Shown here: in pieces, positions 49,152 to 62,041 of the stretch | How positions within the stretch are numbered: position 1 is the first letter of the stretch | Layout: each line of letters opens with the position of its first letter | Assembly: GCA_965112155.1 (NCBI GenBank) | Contig: OZ218098.1 | DNA length: 64,000 nt | Source of the DNA: Podarcis liolepis | Lineage: Eukaryota | Reading direction: 5' to 3' (one strand) | Program-made: the position numbers and the translations under genes | Notes under the pieces: model-generated | Told to the model about the DNA's origin: nothing | Seen by the model: only the letters and a program-made list of their open reading frames with translations | Database searches by the model: none

Positions 49152-51209
49152 CTGAGATGGGATAGTGAGTAAAGCAAGAAAGAAAGAGCAGCGATTGGAA
49201 AAGAGTCATAATACGAGACCATTATTTATTGTCGTCATGCACCAAAGAAGAAAAGGAAACCAAACACTTCCCCCCCCCCCCCCTATTTCATGGACATGCA
49301 ACAGAAATCCAGGACACACAGAAGACATGGAGAATTGCACACTCAGCAACAAACAGAAAACTGGCACGCAGCAGAAAGAAGGTGTGGAAGGTAGCATATT
49401 CCCTCTTAGGCAGGCTCAGAAGAAATGCTTATAATAACTGAAGTTTGCCTCCCCCACCATGCCAAGATTCACCATAATCATCCTAGTTCTCTCAACAATG
49501 CAGCCTGATTCTCCAAGTTGTCTATTACTTGCCTCCTCATGATTGCTTTTCATCAAGGATGGGGTGGGATGTCATTTGGGACTCCCAATCATTTCTTCAA
49601 TGCAGGTTGGAAAGGGAGAAGGGAACTGACAGTTCATTTCTCTAGTAAGTGTCCATTTTATCCAAAGACCTATCAGCTGGTCTTTGAAAGGAAAATGTTT
49701 GGTAGGATCTGGTACAGTGTCAGCTCCTGCTCTTTGTTGGTGCCTTTGACCCTGCCTCTTGACCCTTTGTATCAATGCAATTTATTTTCAGCACCAGAAA
49801 TATGAGAAACAAAAATTGGGATTAGTCATTGGGTTAGTTTATACACAGGCAGAACTGCATAGGAAACAAAGGGGGTACACTCATATTTTGAGGATCCAGT
49901 TGCAGACTGCAGGTAGGAACCACTGATTTTATGCTCATTTGCCATAGGAGATCAAGTTAATTCTCCATTATTATTTAATACTGTGCTTCAGTTCCTCTCC
50001 TTTAACTACAACAGCAAAAACTGTGGAGATTTCAGGATGAGGAACACACTTTTTGACTTGGTCCAAGCCACTGAGCCATCTGGGTGTAATGAATTAACAG
50101 CATCCTCTGAGATTCATCAATCAAAGGGATTTTTTCCTCCTTCACTGTTGTGGAAGGAGGTGAGATCTGCCATGCACAAAACAGTTTGTCTTGCTATTTC
50201 ACCAAACTCAGCAGATCTGAAAGACTAGAAAAAATGAACTCTCCCTTACGACCATCAACAGAGAGTTGCATTTTGGATCAACTAATGAAGAAGAAAAACA
50301 CCCAGCAGTTTACACTTCTGTATTTCCAACAATGATCTTATATCCATCAAAGGAACAGTAGAGGGATTCATCTAGTATACTACTGACCAAGAAAATGCTG
50401 AAACAAAAGCAGGTACAGCAGAGCTTAATGGGCTGGATCCAGAGTTCCAGTGAGTGGAATTCTGCTTGGGGGACACTCTCTCTGGAGGAATGGCAGAGGA
50501 AAATTTCACCAGTTCTGAGGGAGGCAGTTTTAGTCAACTCCTCCTCCCCCCATACTTCCTGAGAATCTGCTCTGTGGAGTTGAGGTACCCTCTGGAACAT
50601 GCTGTAATAAGCAAGGGGCTGCAGCGGGACGCAGGGACTTGCCTCCTTTACTGGATCTCAGTTCCTGGCATTTGATCCATCCTTTCCCCTGTGCAAACTA
50701 TTCTTCAGCCAAGGGCAAAGAAAATTCATCAAGTGATGCGTTCAGATGGGACAATGAGATGAACTTTACTTGTTGACATTCTGCTTCTTACAGGGCTGTG
50801 AAGAAGCAGAGGGGTTCCGACAGTGGTGAGGAAAACTAAACCTGACTTCCCAGGCCTAACCCCTCACCTGGTTCACACATGCAAGTAAAACCACTTGACT
50901 ATTTTTCATTTGACACCTGAGAGCTCATTGGGTAAACTGACTCCACTGAACAGCAACAGTGCTAGCGTGAAGTTCAATGGGCTAAGGCCCAATAACAAGC
51001 TCTTTTGGGGAGGGGGTGTTCAGGAATGTTCCCCTCAAAAAAGAGGCAAACCTGATTAAAATTGTATTAAAATCCAAACTGAGGGATACTTCAGAGTTTA
51101 CCCCTCCTTTGAAGAGGTGCCCCACATGAAAAACTCCACCCCACAAGGGACCCTCTTTAGCTAAGTCTGCTTCACAAGGGGATGCCTTTTGTCCCCCAGC
51201 CCAGGAAAA

Positions 51210-51374
51210 GCCATAGCTCGATGATAGACTATATGCCAGGTTCCAGGTTCAGGCCCCAGCATCTCCAGGTATGGCTGTGAACAATTTCCTTCCTGAAGCT
51301 GCTAGTCACTGTAGTGAATACTAAACTGGATGGGTGAAGGCAATGACACATTATAAGACAGCTCCCTATGTTCC
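51210..51374 (+). mobile_element. Old tRNA-derived SINE
   Basis: Same family as 13538-13696; ends ataagacagctccctatgttcc. Confidence 0.7.
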
Positions 51375-52471
51375 AGTGTTCCTCGAGGGCATCACTTCAA
51401 AGCAACCTCATAGCAAAGCAACAAAAATGGGAAACATGTTGTCCTGCTGTGCTTGAAAACATCAGCCTTTTGCATGGAAGTGCCTGGGAAACACGACTGG
51501 TTTCACTTTAAGCCTCTCTGTGTATGGCTATCTAGCTTGCATCCTTCTTTTCATATAGGCAACAGGCTGGCCTGAGTGGCATCAGCAGGATGGGAGTGGT
51601 TCAGGATATTAACACACCAGGGGCAGGGGGAGATACAAACCCAGAGCTTCTTTCAGGATTTGAGCTGCTGTGTAACAAGCCTCAAGAACACCTGCAGGCA
51701 ATGGCAGTGCTACCATCTTACAAGCACAGTGCCTATGAGTGATTTCATCTAAGGAGATGGGCTATGACAGCAGCAAAAAAAGGAGGCTCCAAGCTTACAG
51801 GAGAAGCAGCTTTTGGATTTTACCCCCTTGCCGCTTTTTGCAAACAACACACCTATTTCTCTTTTATGGGGGAACACTTTGTTTGATTGAACTCAAAGCA
51901 TGTATTCTCTGGCTGGATTCTATTGACATGAGCATTTTCTCCATGGCTCCTCTACTAGGGAGTTAACTGCCACATTCATACACACTGGCACCAATGACCA
52001 AGAGGAAGCAGTGTCCAAAGATAAGCTAAATGAGACTCCACCTCAGATTCATCCCACTAGAACAGCTTTCCTTCTAGTACCTTGCGAGTTATAATTTCAC
52101 AACTCAATGGGATTTAAGGGAGGATTATGCGAGGTGGGCTGGGGAGTAAAGATGGCGTAAGCTCATATGAACTACGGGCTTCTCCAAGCAACCTGTTTAT
52201 GGATCATTCATCCTAATTTGCTTGTGCAAAGCTTATGCAGAGGTTGAACTATGTTAGGTGTCTATTGAGCTTTTGTTCTGATTTAAGTGTATCTGTTATG
52301 CTAGGAAAACATAGCACTTTAATACACCAACTCTGCAAACTTAAAATTAAATCCACATGGCCTTTATTTTATTTAAGGAGCTGGATGCATAATTTAATTA
52401 AGTAGTAGCAACTATTGTCAGCTGGTTCACCTCAACTAAATTCTTCTCAGAGAAAACCCATTGAAATAAGT

Positions 52472-52607
52472 CAGGCTTCCTCAAACTCGGCCCTCCAGAT
52501 GTTTTGAGACTACAACTCCCATCATCCTTGACCAATGGTCCTGTTAGCTAGGGATCATGAGAGTCGTAGGCCAAAAACATCTGGAGGGCTGAGTTTGAGG
52601 AAGCCTG
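52472..52607. mobile_element. hAT-superfamily MITE with 8-bp TSD
   Basis: About 34-bp near-perfect TIRs (caggcttcctcaaactc(g/a)gccctccagatgtttt); AAATAAGT duplicated at 52464-52471 and 52608-52615. Older relatives (gactacaactcccatcatcc core) lie near 6820, 16390, 23870, 27350, 35960, 37870, 42790, 57720, 59910 and 63380. Confidence 0.9.
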
Positions 52608-54326
52608 AAATAAGTGAATCTAAATGAGGGCTCATCCACACCACCCTTTGTCCTGTGATTTCTTCTGAGGAATCTAGGCACAGGTCCTGCAGCTTTCCCT
52701 AGCAAAAACCCACCATTTACCACTGAATTGGAACAAATGGCCAATCCACAGAAAACTCAATTCTTGTTTGCTCTGGTTCAGCAGTAAACAGTGGGAAATA
52801 AACAGTGGGTTTTCATTTTCCCCCCCCCCGTCCCAGGGGCTACAAGATGGGTCAGAGCCATCTTTCTAATGCTGGAACCTTTTAACTTCCAACAGGAAAT
52901 ACAAACTGGCTGAGCTTTATTTAGTTACAGCCTGTTTGATGGACAGAAGTTGAGCTTCTGGATCATTGTGCTCGCTTCACCTCTTTGGCATTCCCCAAGG
53001 AAGTTTCACATGAGGACTAGAGACCGGTCTTGTGGAGAATTCTTCTTCTGCTATTTCTGTTCCTCACTGATGTCATAATTCCCCTGCCTGTGACACTAGA
53101 ATCTTGGCCATGGCAAGGGGGATGTCACAGGGAATGAGGATTATGGAGGAGAAAGCAAGAGGAGCCCACCAGGGCTTTAGATGCCAAAGAAGTCTGTTTT
53201 CATGCACATGACCCTTCAAGTAACAGCCGAGGGCAGAAGCAATGGAGATAGGATACATAATTTATGTGCACAGGGAATGAGAATTGGCACTGAGTAACAT
53301 CTTTCTCAAGCTCTCCACAAGGTGTCATATGCTTCATTTCTATTCATGGCATTTCTGGTGCCATTTAACAAGATCCTGCCTGCTTAATAAAGCTTTGAAA
53401 TCTTAACGCTTAATTGTGCAATCACCGATACAGATTTCAGATGAGTCTGTTTATAGGTTTTAATTTATGAAAAGAGTGTTTGGTTGTTATCATTTAAATC
53501 CATCCAACCAATCTCTCTCTCCCACCTCTGCCTCCAAATCTCTTTCTTTCTGTTTAAGGGGATTTTCTTTCACATTTTAGGAAAAACAAACTGGCTCTCT
53601 AGAAGCCCCCCCCCCCAATACAAATGAAGTAGAAAATAATAACCAGTGAAAGATTGTCAGCCTAGAATAACTGGCATTTACTGCACAGTTGTTGGTCTAT
53701 ACCGATTATCCCTACAAAAGTATGTGTGCTTGATAGGAGAAGTGACTCTGCGCATTAATTGGTATGTTATCAACACAAATCAGCAAATGAAACTTTTTCT
53801 ATTACTCCCTCTCCTGGCCCAGAAAAGCCTCACCTATTCATTGTTACCTCTTCTACAGGTATAGGCTGTTTTCAAAATTGCGCAAGAGGAAGGTAGCTTG
53901 TTCAGTGGATTCTTGTCTTTACCTCATCCCTCAGCAGCAGCACCCCCCCCCCAAAAAAAAAGCCTCTCCAAAAGGTGAAGCAGACCTGCATAGTGAGCTG
54001 TGTCTTCTAGGTCTCCAATGTGTGTTTAGGGGAAATTGTCTAAAAGAGGGCGGAGTTCCTCCACCTGATTTTGGCCTTTCCCCTCTGCCCCATAGCAGGC
54101 ATGGATGACACAGTGCACAATATTTGGTCAGTACCCACCTTGATCTCTGAAGGGAGAAGCTTTTTAGGAGGTAGTGTGTGTTGAAAGGAGAGAGAAGGGT
54201 AAGGGGAAGATCCATTGCACAAACTCACTTTCCACTCTCATATCAATGGATGCAACCCTTTAAAAATATGGTGTCCCGTGCACTTTCTAAAGATTGGGAA
54301 AATGTAAATAATAGGGATGGAGCATG

Positions 54327-54650
54327 CAGTGGCGGAGGAGGCCACTAGGGCGCCTAGGGCAGCGCACTCAGGGGTGGGGAGAGCTGCCCATAGGGGTGGG
54401 GTGCAGGGCCTCCAGAATCTACCTACCTCCTTCCACTCAGCCGCCCCACAGCTGGTGGGAGTGAGGCAGCGGGAGGAGCATTTGGGCAGCGCAGAGCCTG
54501 TGCATGTCCAAGCCACTGCGTCTATCCCAGGAGAGATGTGTGGCTCAGGCACGCTGCAGGCCCAGCAGTGAGTGCAGCCCGCCATTTTGTCACCCCCCTC
54601 AGTGGTGACACATGGGGCGGTCCGCACCCACCACACCCCCTCCCTCTGCC
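54327..54650. mobile_element. GC-rich non-autonomous DNA transposon-like repeat
   Basis: Abrupt GC/CpG-rich block starting CAGTGGCGGAGGAGG, with internal hairpin tgtcaccccc..ggtgaca. The right end is not clearly intact and the family is not assigned. Confidence 0.55.
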
Positions 54651-55053
54651 CCTGGGAACGTGACTCAGCATTCCATGAGTGGATTTGATTGTCATGCAAT
54701 GTGACGATAAGGAGGAAGGAAGCACAAGTGTCTTCCAACAGATAAGGAAAGTTAAGTTCATGCCTTTGGTTGACCAAAGATACAAACATTGATGGACAGG
54801 GCCGAGGCAAACTAAAAGGTTTGGGGGTTTTTAATTAACACTTACTATATAACTTAAAGCCCATTTTCTTTGTTGGAGGGGGGCATTTCTATAAAATGGG
54901 ATGGAAGTATTTATCTGTTCAGGAAACACTGCCCTTGCTCTTAACTGGCTTTGTTTGCCTTGAGTAAAATTAGCAGATACCCAGAACTTATTTGCTATAT
55001 AATGCTGTGATCAGGGGCAGATTTTGGTAATCTTTCGTAATATGGCGCCCTAT

Positions 55054-55054
<1 letters not shown>

Positions 55055-55103
<49 letters not shown>

Positions 55104-55185
55104 TTATTTATACCGCGCCCATCTGGCTGGGCCTCCCCAGCCACTCTGGGCGGCTTCCATAAAAACCAAAAATACAGTAAAATAT
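55055..55185 (-). mobile_element. L2 extreme 3' end with (TTA)n tail
   Basis: Reverse complement of the 24528/27975 motif plus (TAA)n. Confidence 0.8.
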
Positions 55186-55971
55186 CAAAAATTGGTGCAC
55201 CCAAGTGGCACATAAATTTCTAATTATCTTTAAATGTTTTAATAGTTTTTTATTGATAATTTTATAGTTTCTTGTAAATCACTTAAGAGATTTTATTACA
55301 ATCAAGTGATATATACATTTTTTTAAGAAATAAATAAATGTGACTGGTCCAAAAAAGTAGTGCCATAATTCAAAATCAGTGTTTTTTTGCCCTTGATGAC
55401 ATCATAACATACTCAGATCTGGGCAGCACACAGAACTGTGTTGTCAGCCAAAATGTGACTCCTGGCTGGTTGGACTCAAGAAGGAGAAAGAAGACCTAAA
55501 AGGAACACCCCTGTAAGGGAAGGTAATTCCAGATCCCAGTTGTATTTTTCAACATTCAAACATGGTGGTTTGACTTCCAAATAAGCAAGAATAGAACGAG
55601 GCAGGTCATTATACAAGCTTATGAGCATATATCAAAATCAGGCTGTCCTCAGGTGGGTAGATGAGACTAAAGGTGTTTAGTTCAAAATGTCTAGTTATGA
55701 CTCCCCAGATAAAACTTCAGATTTCTCCCTCTGTTAATCAAAATGATACATACCTGCCTTTTTCTGCTCCCTTTCCCCTCACAACACTCAATAACAGTTT
55801 TGCATAGGCCATGCCTGTAAAAGGATGAGTAAGCTGGGATGCCCCTCCCATGGCAAAATGAACCGCATAAAAGGGAATATGTCTGGATCTTATAATTGCA
55901 AGGAAAGCAAAGAGGGGAGTTAAGTGTGTGAGAAAAAGGAGATGTGTACAACACTCATCAGAAGTGGAAAC

Positions 55972-56041
55972 GGAAGGAAGGAAGGAAGGAAGGAAGGAAG
56001 GAAGGAAGGAAGGAAGGAAGGAAGGAAGGAAGGAAGGAAGG
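55972..56041. repeat. (GGAA)n microsatellite
   Basis: Direct reading, about 17 units. Confidence 0.95.
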
Positions 56042-58164
56042 CGATTAAAATGAGGAGTGTTAGAAAGGTATAGTGGGCAAGTCTTTCTCCACCAGACCTC
56101 CCCATCGTCCAGGTCACAGCAGCACAGAAAACAGCCCCTCAGATCTCAAGGGAGTTTCAAGTTTCCACGTGGACTCAGATATCCAAACCTATGCAGCAAA
56201 GATTGGTTTCCTGAAATTAAGGTACCTCTGCATGACACTGTCTGGCACTCAGAACAACTCAGAAGAAGAAGAAAAACATTTCCTCTATTTTATAGGAAAG
56301 AGGTGAGGGTCCTAAAACAGCCTAATGGAATTTGTAAATGCTCTGAAGGGCAGTGGTCTTGACAGCAGGTATTGTGTAGAGTTTTTGAATGTGAAGCCTA
56401 TATAACAGCTCAGTCGTAACTGGCCAATTAGGTCAAGTTGCAACTCTGAAGACTACCTCATGCAATACTCATTTCAGACACAGAACATACTTACATATCG
56501 GAAATAGCATATAGCCTGTGTGTAGATCATTATCTATGTCCATCACAAACAGATAAATCAATGCACGGACACAAGATGGGAAAATCTGGGAATCTGGCTA
56601 AATGTGGCTTCTTGGCACATGTCCCGAAACCAAATATATATTTCTTGGAATCTGTTACTTTCATGCTAGCAGCATCACTCATCATGTCGGAACCAGGGAA
56701 ATGAAAGAGATTCTTTTTTTCAACAGTCCTTTTCAACATCAAGAGGGCTTTCTTGGCATCCCAATATCTCTCTTTTTCTCCATCATTTAGTAGGATTGTA
56801 TTTTTTCTTGATTTTATTATCTTAACTCCCTGTCAACTGCTTTGACAAAGCAGTGTATAATTATTAGTAATAATAATAATTTTGTTGCATTTTATGATTA
56901 TTATCCTGCTTCGTCTTTGGTTTAAAAATTATTTTAGCATATTAGATTTAATCACTTCCATCATTGCACCTCTTGGGTTTCATTATATTGCTATTTTTTT
57001 GCTGTACATTTCTCTCTCCCCCCCCCCCACGACTCTTCCTGAAAAACTGTTAGTTGTCCAGACTTTTGTGTCATCTCTATCAAGTCTTATAATATGATTA
57101 ATCAAAATGGTAACTGGATAAGGTCAAGTATAATCTAAATTATGCCTTTTGGTTTCAATACATGCACAAGAATCTTCACACTTGCCAGCCTTCATGTGTG
57201 TTTTGTTCTCCACAATCCCAAATAACTTTATCTAGAGAAAATATGTTTGATGCACCCCAGGAGAGTCTTAATGAAAATCTTAGGTGAACATGAAAAACTT
57301 GTCCTTCCCACCCTTATCCTTAAGTTTTTCCAAAACCCATTCCAAACAGAAGAAACCCAGTTTTTGATTGTGCTTACCATCTCAGCACAGCAATTACTGA
57401 AGTTTTCTGGTGTTAGCATTTAAACGTCTTAGGAACAACTTTTGGCTTCATTCATTAGCCACCAACATTAAATTACCTTCTTTACTTTGCTTTTCCTCTG
57501 ATTTTAGTTAATGAAATCCATCTTGCCCAGCTCCAGTCTCCTGCAGTCCATTCTACTCTTCAACTTTGGACTTTCCTCCATCCACATCCTTCAGTGTCTT
57601 TGTTACCCAACATGCATTGATAACTGGTTTGTATGACATCACTAGATTCCTCTTTAAGAAGCTGGGCACAAACTTTTAACAGGGCCTGCCAATGGCTATT
57701 TCATCCAACGCAGACTTTGCCATCCTGCCACCCTCTCAGTATTTTGTACTACACCTCCCATCAGCTCCAACCTGTCTGGGAGGTGTAGTTCAAAATGTCT
57801 GGAGGGCACCAGATTGTTGAAAGCTGTTCTAATGCATGGAACAGCACAAAGAGGTCACATTTCACCCACTTCTCTACAGTGTAGACTGGACTATAAACTT
57901 CTCAGTCCTCCAAAGGACTGATTCACATTTTTATTTCAGTAACCAGACATCCAGTGCCATATTTTGTTATGTTAACCCCTTATTTCAGGAAATCAAGCTG
58001 TGCAGTTATGGATACTCTTAGAATGAGATACAGTCAAACCTCTTAAGCTACCCCAAACCATACCTAGACATTTCTCCCCCAAATCCTTGCCACCCCATTC
58101 TCCAACCTAGCAGGTTGTGGAATGCTTGCTGTACCCATTTGGCTTAGAGATGTGACTGCATCAA

Positions 58165-58166
<2 letters not shown>

Positions 58167-58210
<44 letters not shown>
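58167..58210. repeat. (AAT)n microsatellite
   Basis: Direct reading, about 14 units. Confidence 0.95.
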
Positions 58211-58284
58211 TAAAAGGCTCTAAAGGTTACATTAAAAGGCATCTTTCAGTCCAAACTGGCAATGGAAACAAAAACCTTCTCTAC

Positions 58285-58311
58285 CTTGCAGGTCAGCTTT
58301 GGTCAACTCAA
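58285..58311 (-). CDS. NRXN3: 27-nt alternatively spliced microexon (neurexin SS6 insert, LNS5-EGF3 hinge), encodes VELTKADLQ
   Basis: Minus strand reads ttttcgcttttttccattcttttgctaacaaag|TTGAGTTGACCAAAGCTGACCTGCAAG|gtagag. It is phase 1-1, in frame with the EGF3 exon, and matches the recalled mammalian SS6 peptides VALTKADLQ (Nrxn3) and VALMKADLQ (Nrxn1). A perfect TACTAAC lies at 58358-58364. Confidence 0.92.
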
Positions 58312-60545
58312 CTTTGTTAGCAAAAGAATGGAAAAAAGCGAAAACAATAAACCAGAGGTTAGTAAAATGGCAGATAAAACCGGGGTAACATCACTAAAAA
58401 GAAACAAACAAAAAACAACTGGAATAACCAGCACAGCCCTTACGCACACTTAAGAGATTTGGGAGGGGTGACGCCACCAAAGACAACACACAGACACATC
58501 AGGAGAGAGGCAGCCATAAGGGCCTCAGTCCATCACTACCTGAACAACATCAATCCAAAACAGCAGACAACATAGCACAGACTAGGGAGGGGGGAGAGTA
58601 GACACATTTCTGAAGCACAGAACATCAGATGGAACATTAACGGCACATGATTCACCAATATTCATAAATGAAGCAGCAAACAATAGTGTTTCATTTCCTG
58701 CAAGGAGCCTCCCTATTCCCCAAGAAAAGCCTAGAGTCAATCGGAATCAAATTAAGTCAATATGGCTGCCAGCGAACCAATCTGGGTATTTCCCTCTGTG
58801 ATATGTACACCCAGAAAGACAAAAGACTCCTTCCTCAGATCACCTCTCCTCACTGGGTTTTATCATTATGGGTTTTTATTTCTTTGTATTTTAAAAGCAA
58901 GATAGACAGTCCAATGTAAATGGCAACGTTTTCTCCCTTGTAAGATAGCACAATCATCAATTGTGGAAGATGACTTCATCTATGGGCTCCTGCTTACGGA
59001 ATCCACTGTGTTCTGGAGGAAGTGAACATGATGGCGGTCACTGAATATGCATGTGAATATTGCCCTGTCCACTTTCATATGTTCTGAATCCTACTCTGTT
59101 CCTAGATGGTAAAGTGGCAGCTGCCGCTAGGAAGATCTTTGCTCACTTGTCAGCTGTACCTTTTCCTGGGTGTAATGAGAAAGTTTATGATGTAGAGATG
59201 TTCCCTTAATATTAAGAAGTTGGTAGTTTCAAGGCTGCTAATGTGCCTGCCCATTATTGACATCAGATGACGCCATTCCCGCTGCCCCCCCCCCTTCTGC
59301 AATTGAGCCTAAATGAAACCAGGCACAATTCAAAATGCTGGTAATCACCTTAAAATCCCTAAATAGTTTGGGCCCAGGAAACTAAAAGGACCACCTGTTC
59401 CAAGATGATCCTTCTTCTCATTGGGATTGATCTGCTGAGAGGACCTTGCTTGTACTGTAACTACAAAGGAATATTTCTCCCATGCCTTCCACCACTGTAA
59501 CATTTAACACTTTTAACAGCCAATAGAGAGCAATCCTCATAATGCTTAAAAACTTGATTCTTTGACGATATATGAAAACCTTGAAATGGCAATTACTTCT
59601 CCTTTGAAACTATTCTCTCTCCATCTCTTGACCAACACAATTAAGTATATTGATGAATATTTTAAAGGGACTTTTGAAAATGAGAGAGAAATATAGCATT
59701 CCCCCCCACATCCATAACTTCTTCTTTTTCCATTTAGCCCAATGATCAAATCAGTGGTATAGAGTCAAAAATACATTCTCTTATGAGCCAAACGCAAGAC
59801 CAACTGCTGAACAGATTAAGGCCTCTTAAATCTAAATTGCAAAACTGGGGGGGGGGGTCCCTCCATCTTCAAAAAGCCTTTTGTGCATTTTCACAAGATC
59901 TAGTCAACATGGTTCCCTCCAGAGGTTGCTGGACTCCAACTCCCAACAGCCCCAGCCAACTTGGCCAATGTGGACTAGCTTTGCCTCTCACCTCTCCTCA
60001 GCAATTGCCATTTCAGTCACCTTCCAACTGGTGAAAGATAAGGGGGACTTTTTGTATCCACAGAGACTTTGTGCATTTTAAAACCCCTGGAAAATCATGG
60101 ATCTAACATATGTAGGGAGCTTCCATGGATATGGAAAACTCCCTGCTTCAGAAAGTCACCTTGCATGAGTGGAGAGGATGAGAGAATACTGCAACACCAC
60201 CATGATATACTGTATATCTTAGATAATATAGTGTTATCAATATCTGCATCCACACTTTGCTATTCGGCACAATAATGGTGGTGTTCTGGAGAAAGTCAAT
60301 GTTCTTTGTTGGGTTCTGATGATTGAGTAAAAAATGGGGGGTTGGTTTCTCATAGCTACCCTTTGTGACTCATGACTTTGTTGCTCTGAGAACAAATCAT
60401 ATCTCTGGGCAGGCTGTATTTGCCGAAGTACAGTTTGTGCGTTAAAGACTGGAGGGTGGTCACAATGGAGATGGTAGTGATGGTGGAATGGCAACAAATG
60501 ATGGATGACATAAGAATGAAGTCATAAACAAGCAGCAGACATGGA

Positions 60546-60547
<2 letters not shown>

Positions 60548-60604
<57 letters not shown>

Positions 60605-60607
60605 ACA
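60548..60607. repeat. Compound (CT)n(CA)n microsatellite
   Basis: Direct reading. Confidence 0.95.
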
Positions 60608-61094
60608 AGTTACTCATTACAGAAAGTCTTAGTTCATTGCATTTTTTGCTCAGGATATCATCTAAAAGTGGCTTCATTCAATGCTACATTTGCTAGGGGA
60701 TTATCAGCTGTTAAAACCAATGTCCATGGACTCAGTAAGTTGCACTTGACCCGTCAGATCAACAGAGGAGGGCTGGGTGGGTGCTTTCTTGTTTATTTTG
60801 AAGAGAAGAAAGATCTCGTCTTCTAAGCTTTTCTTCTTCCATTTAAAGGTAATATTATTCTTGCCAGCAAGAAGATTGATTCCATTCCTTCCGAGGGCCC
60901 CAACTACAAATGTCAGCACAATCCATGCAAGGTGCTCATTTCTCTACAGAGCTGTTCTCAAAAGCCACAAAGTCCTGAACTCAAAAGATCCAGGTGGTAA
61001 CTGGGTGGCTAGTTCTTTCTTGAATTTTAAGATCTTGCTTTCTCTTGTGTTGCTGAAGTATTCCAAGTAGACATTTGAGGATGGTAGAAAGCTG

Positions 61095-61266
61095 GTAGCT
61101 CAGCGAGAGAGCACCTTCTTTGTAGGCAGATGGGTCCAGGTTCAACCCACAGCATCTCCAGGTAGGACTGGAAATGTCCCCTTGAGAGCCACTGCCAGTC
61201 AGTGCATTCAATACTGAGCCAGGTGAACGAGTGGTCTGACTTGGTATAAGGAAGATTCCAATGTTC
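61095..61266 (+). mobile_element. Old tRNA-derived SINE
   Basis: gtagctcagcgagagagcacc...ccaggttcaacccacagcatctccaggtagg...ggtctgacttggtataagg; same family as 13538-13696. Confidence 0.75.
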
Positions 61267-62041
61267 TGCTGTAATTTGATTTCTAATTTCTCTGCTATTT
61301 GTCAATATGGGGACAATTGTGCCTGGTGGTGTCTGTACATTTTGTGAATTTTTAGCTGGGCAAAATAAAAAAGTTTATTGAGCATCTTAACTCTGAAATA
61401 GTTAACTTGAACAAGCCAAATTTGTTAGCACCAAATTTGTTTCATGCCTTCCACAGAAACATATATGTGGCCTCTTCTCAGCGTATGTTTTGCATTGACA
61501 GGAAGATCTGGTTTTCCCAGCAGACATTTAGATTTTTGTTTGTTTGTTTTTAAGTAGCAATATCTGACTTGTGGCTTCCAATTATGTTGCTATTTTGTGC
61601 ATTATTTATTGTTCTTATCCAGCTCCTTCAGACTTTCCTGTTAGCAACAGATATGGTTGCTGTCATTTCCTGCTGGTTTTCTATGTTGTGATAGGTTTTT
61701 TCTTTTGCATTTCACCTGTAGTATTTTATTTTAGGAGTTGATGTTTTTATCTGGTTTTACTTATGTGAGATGCCTGGGGTCCATCTCAATGATGAAAGTC
61801 AGGATCTAAGTTATTAAAATACTTATGATATACATAAATGAAATGGGTCCAGCTTCCTCCCTCTTGTTTCCAGATAAAATAGTGATTCTAGCAGCCTCTA
61901 TGGCCCCAAATGAAGGGCTGCAACTCAATGGCAAAGCACCCACATTGCCTGGTCCCAGGTTCAATCCCCAAAATTTGCAGGTAGAGCTGGGAGACAGACT
62001 TCATTCTGAAACCTTGCAAAATGATTGCTAGTCAGTGTAGA

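Noticed and set aside
49787-49795. TTCAGCACC RE1 left half-site
   Set aside because: No GGACAG/GGAGAG right half-site at a canonical spacing.
54238-54810. Longest ORF in the track (190 aa)
   Set aside because: Spans a GC-rich non-autonomous transposon-like block; low-information translation with no domain.
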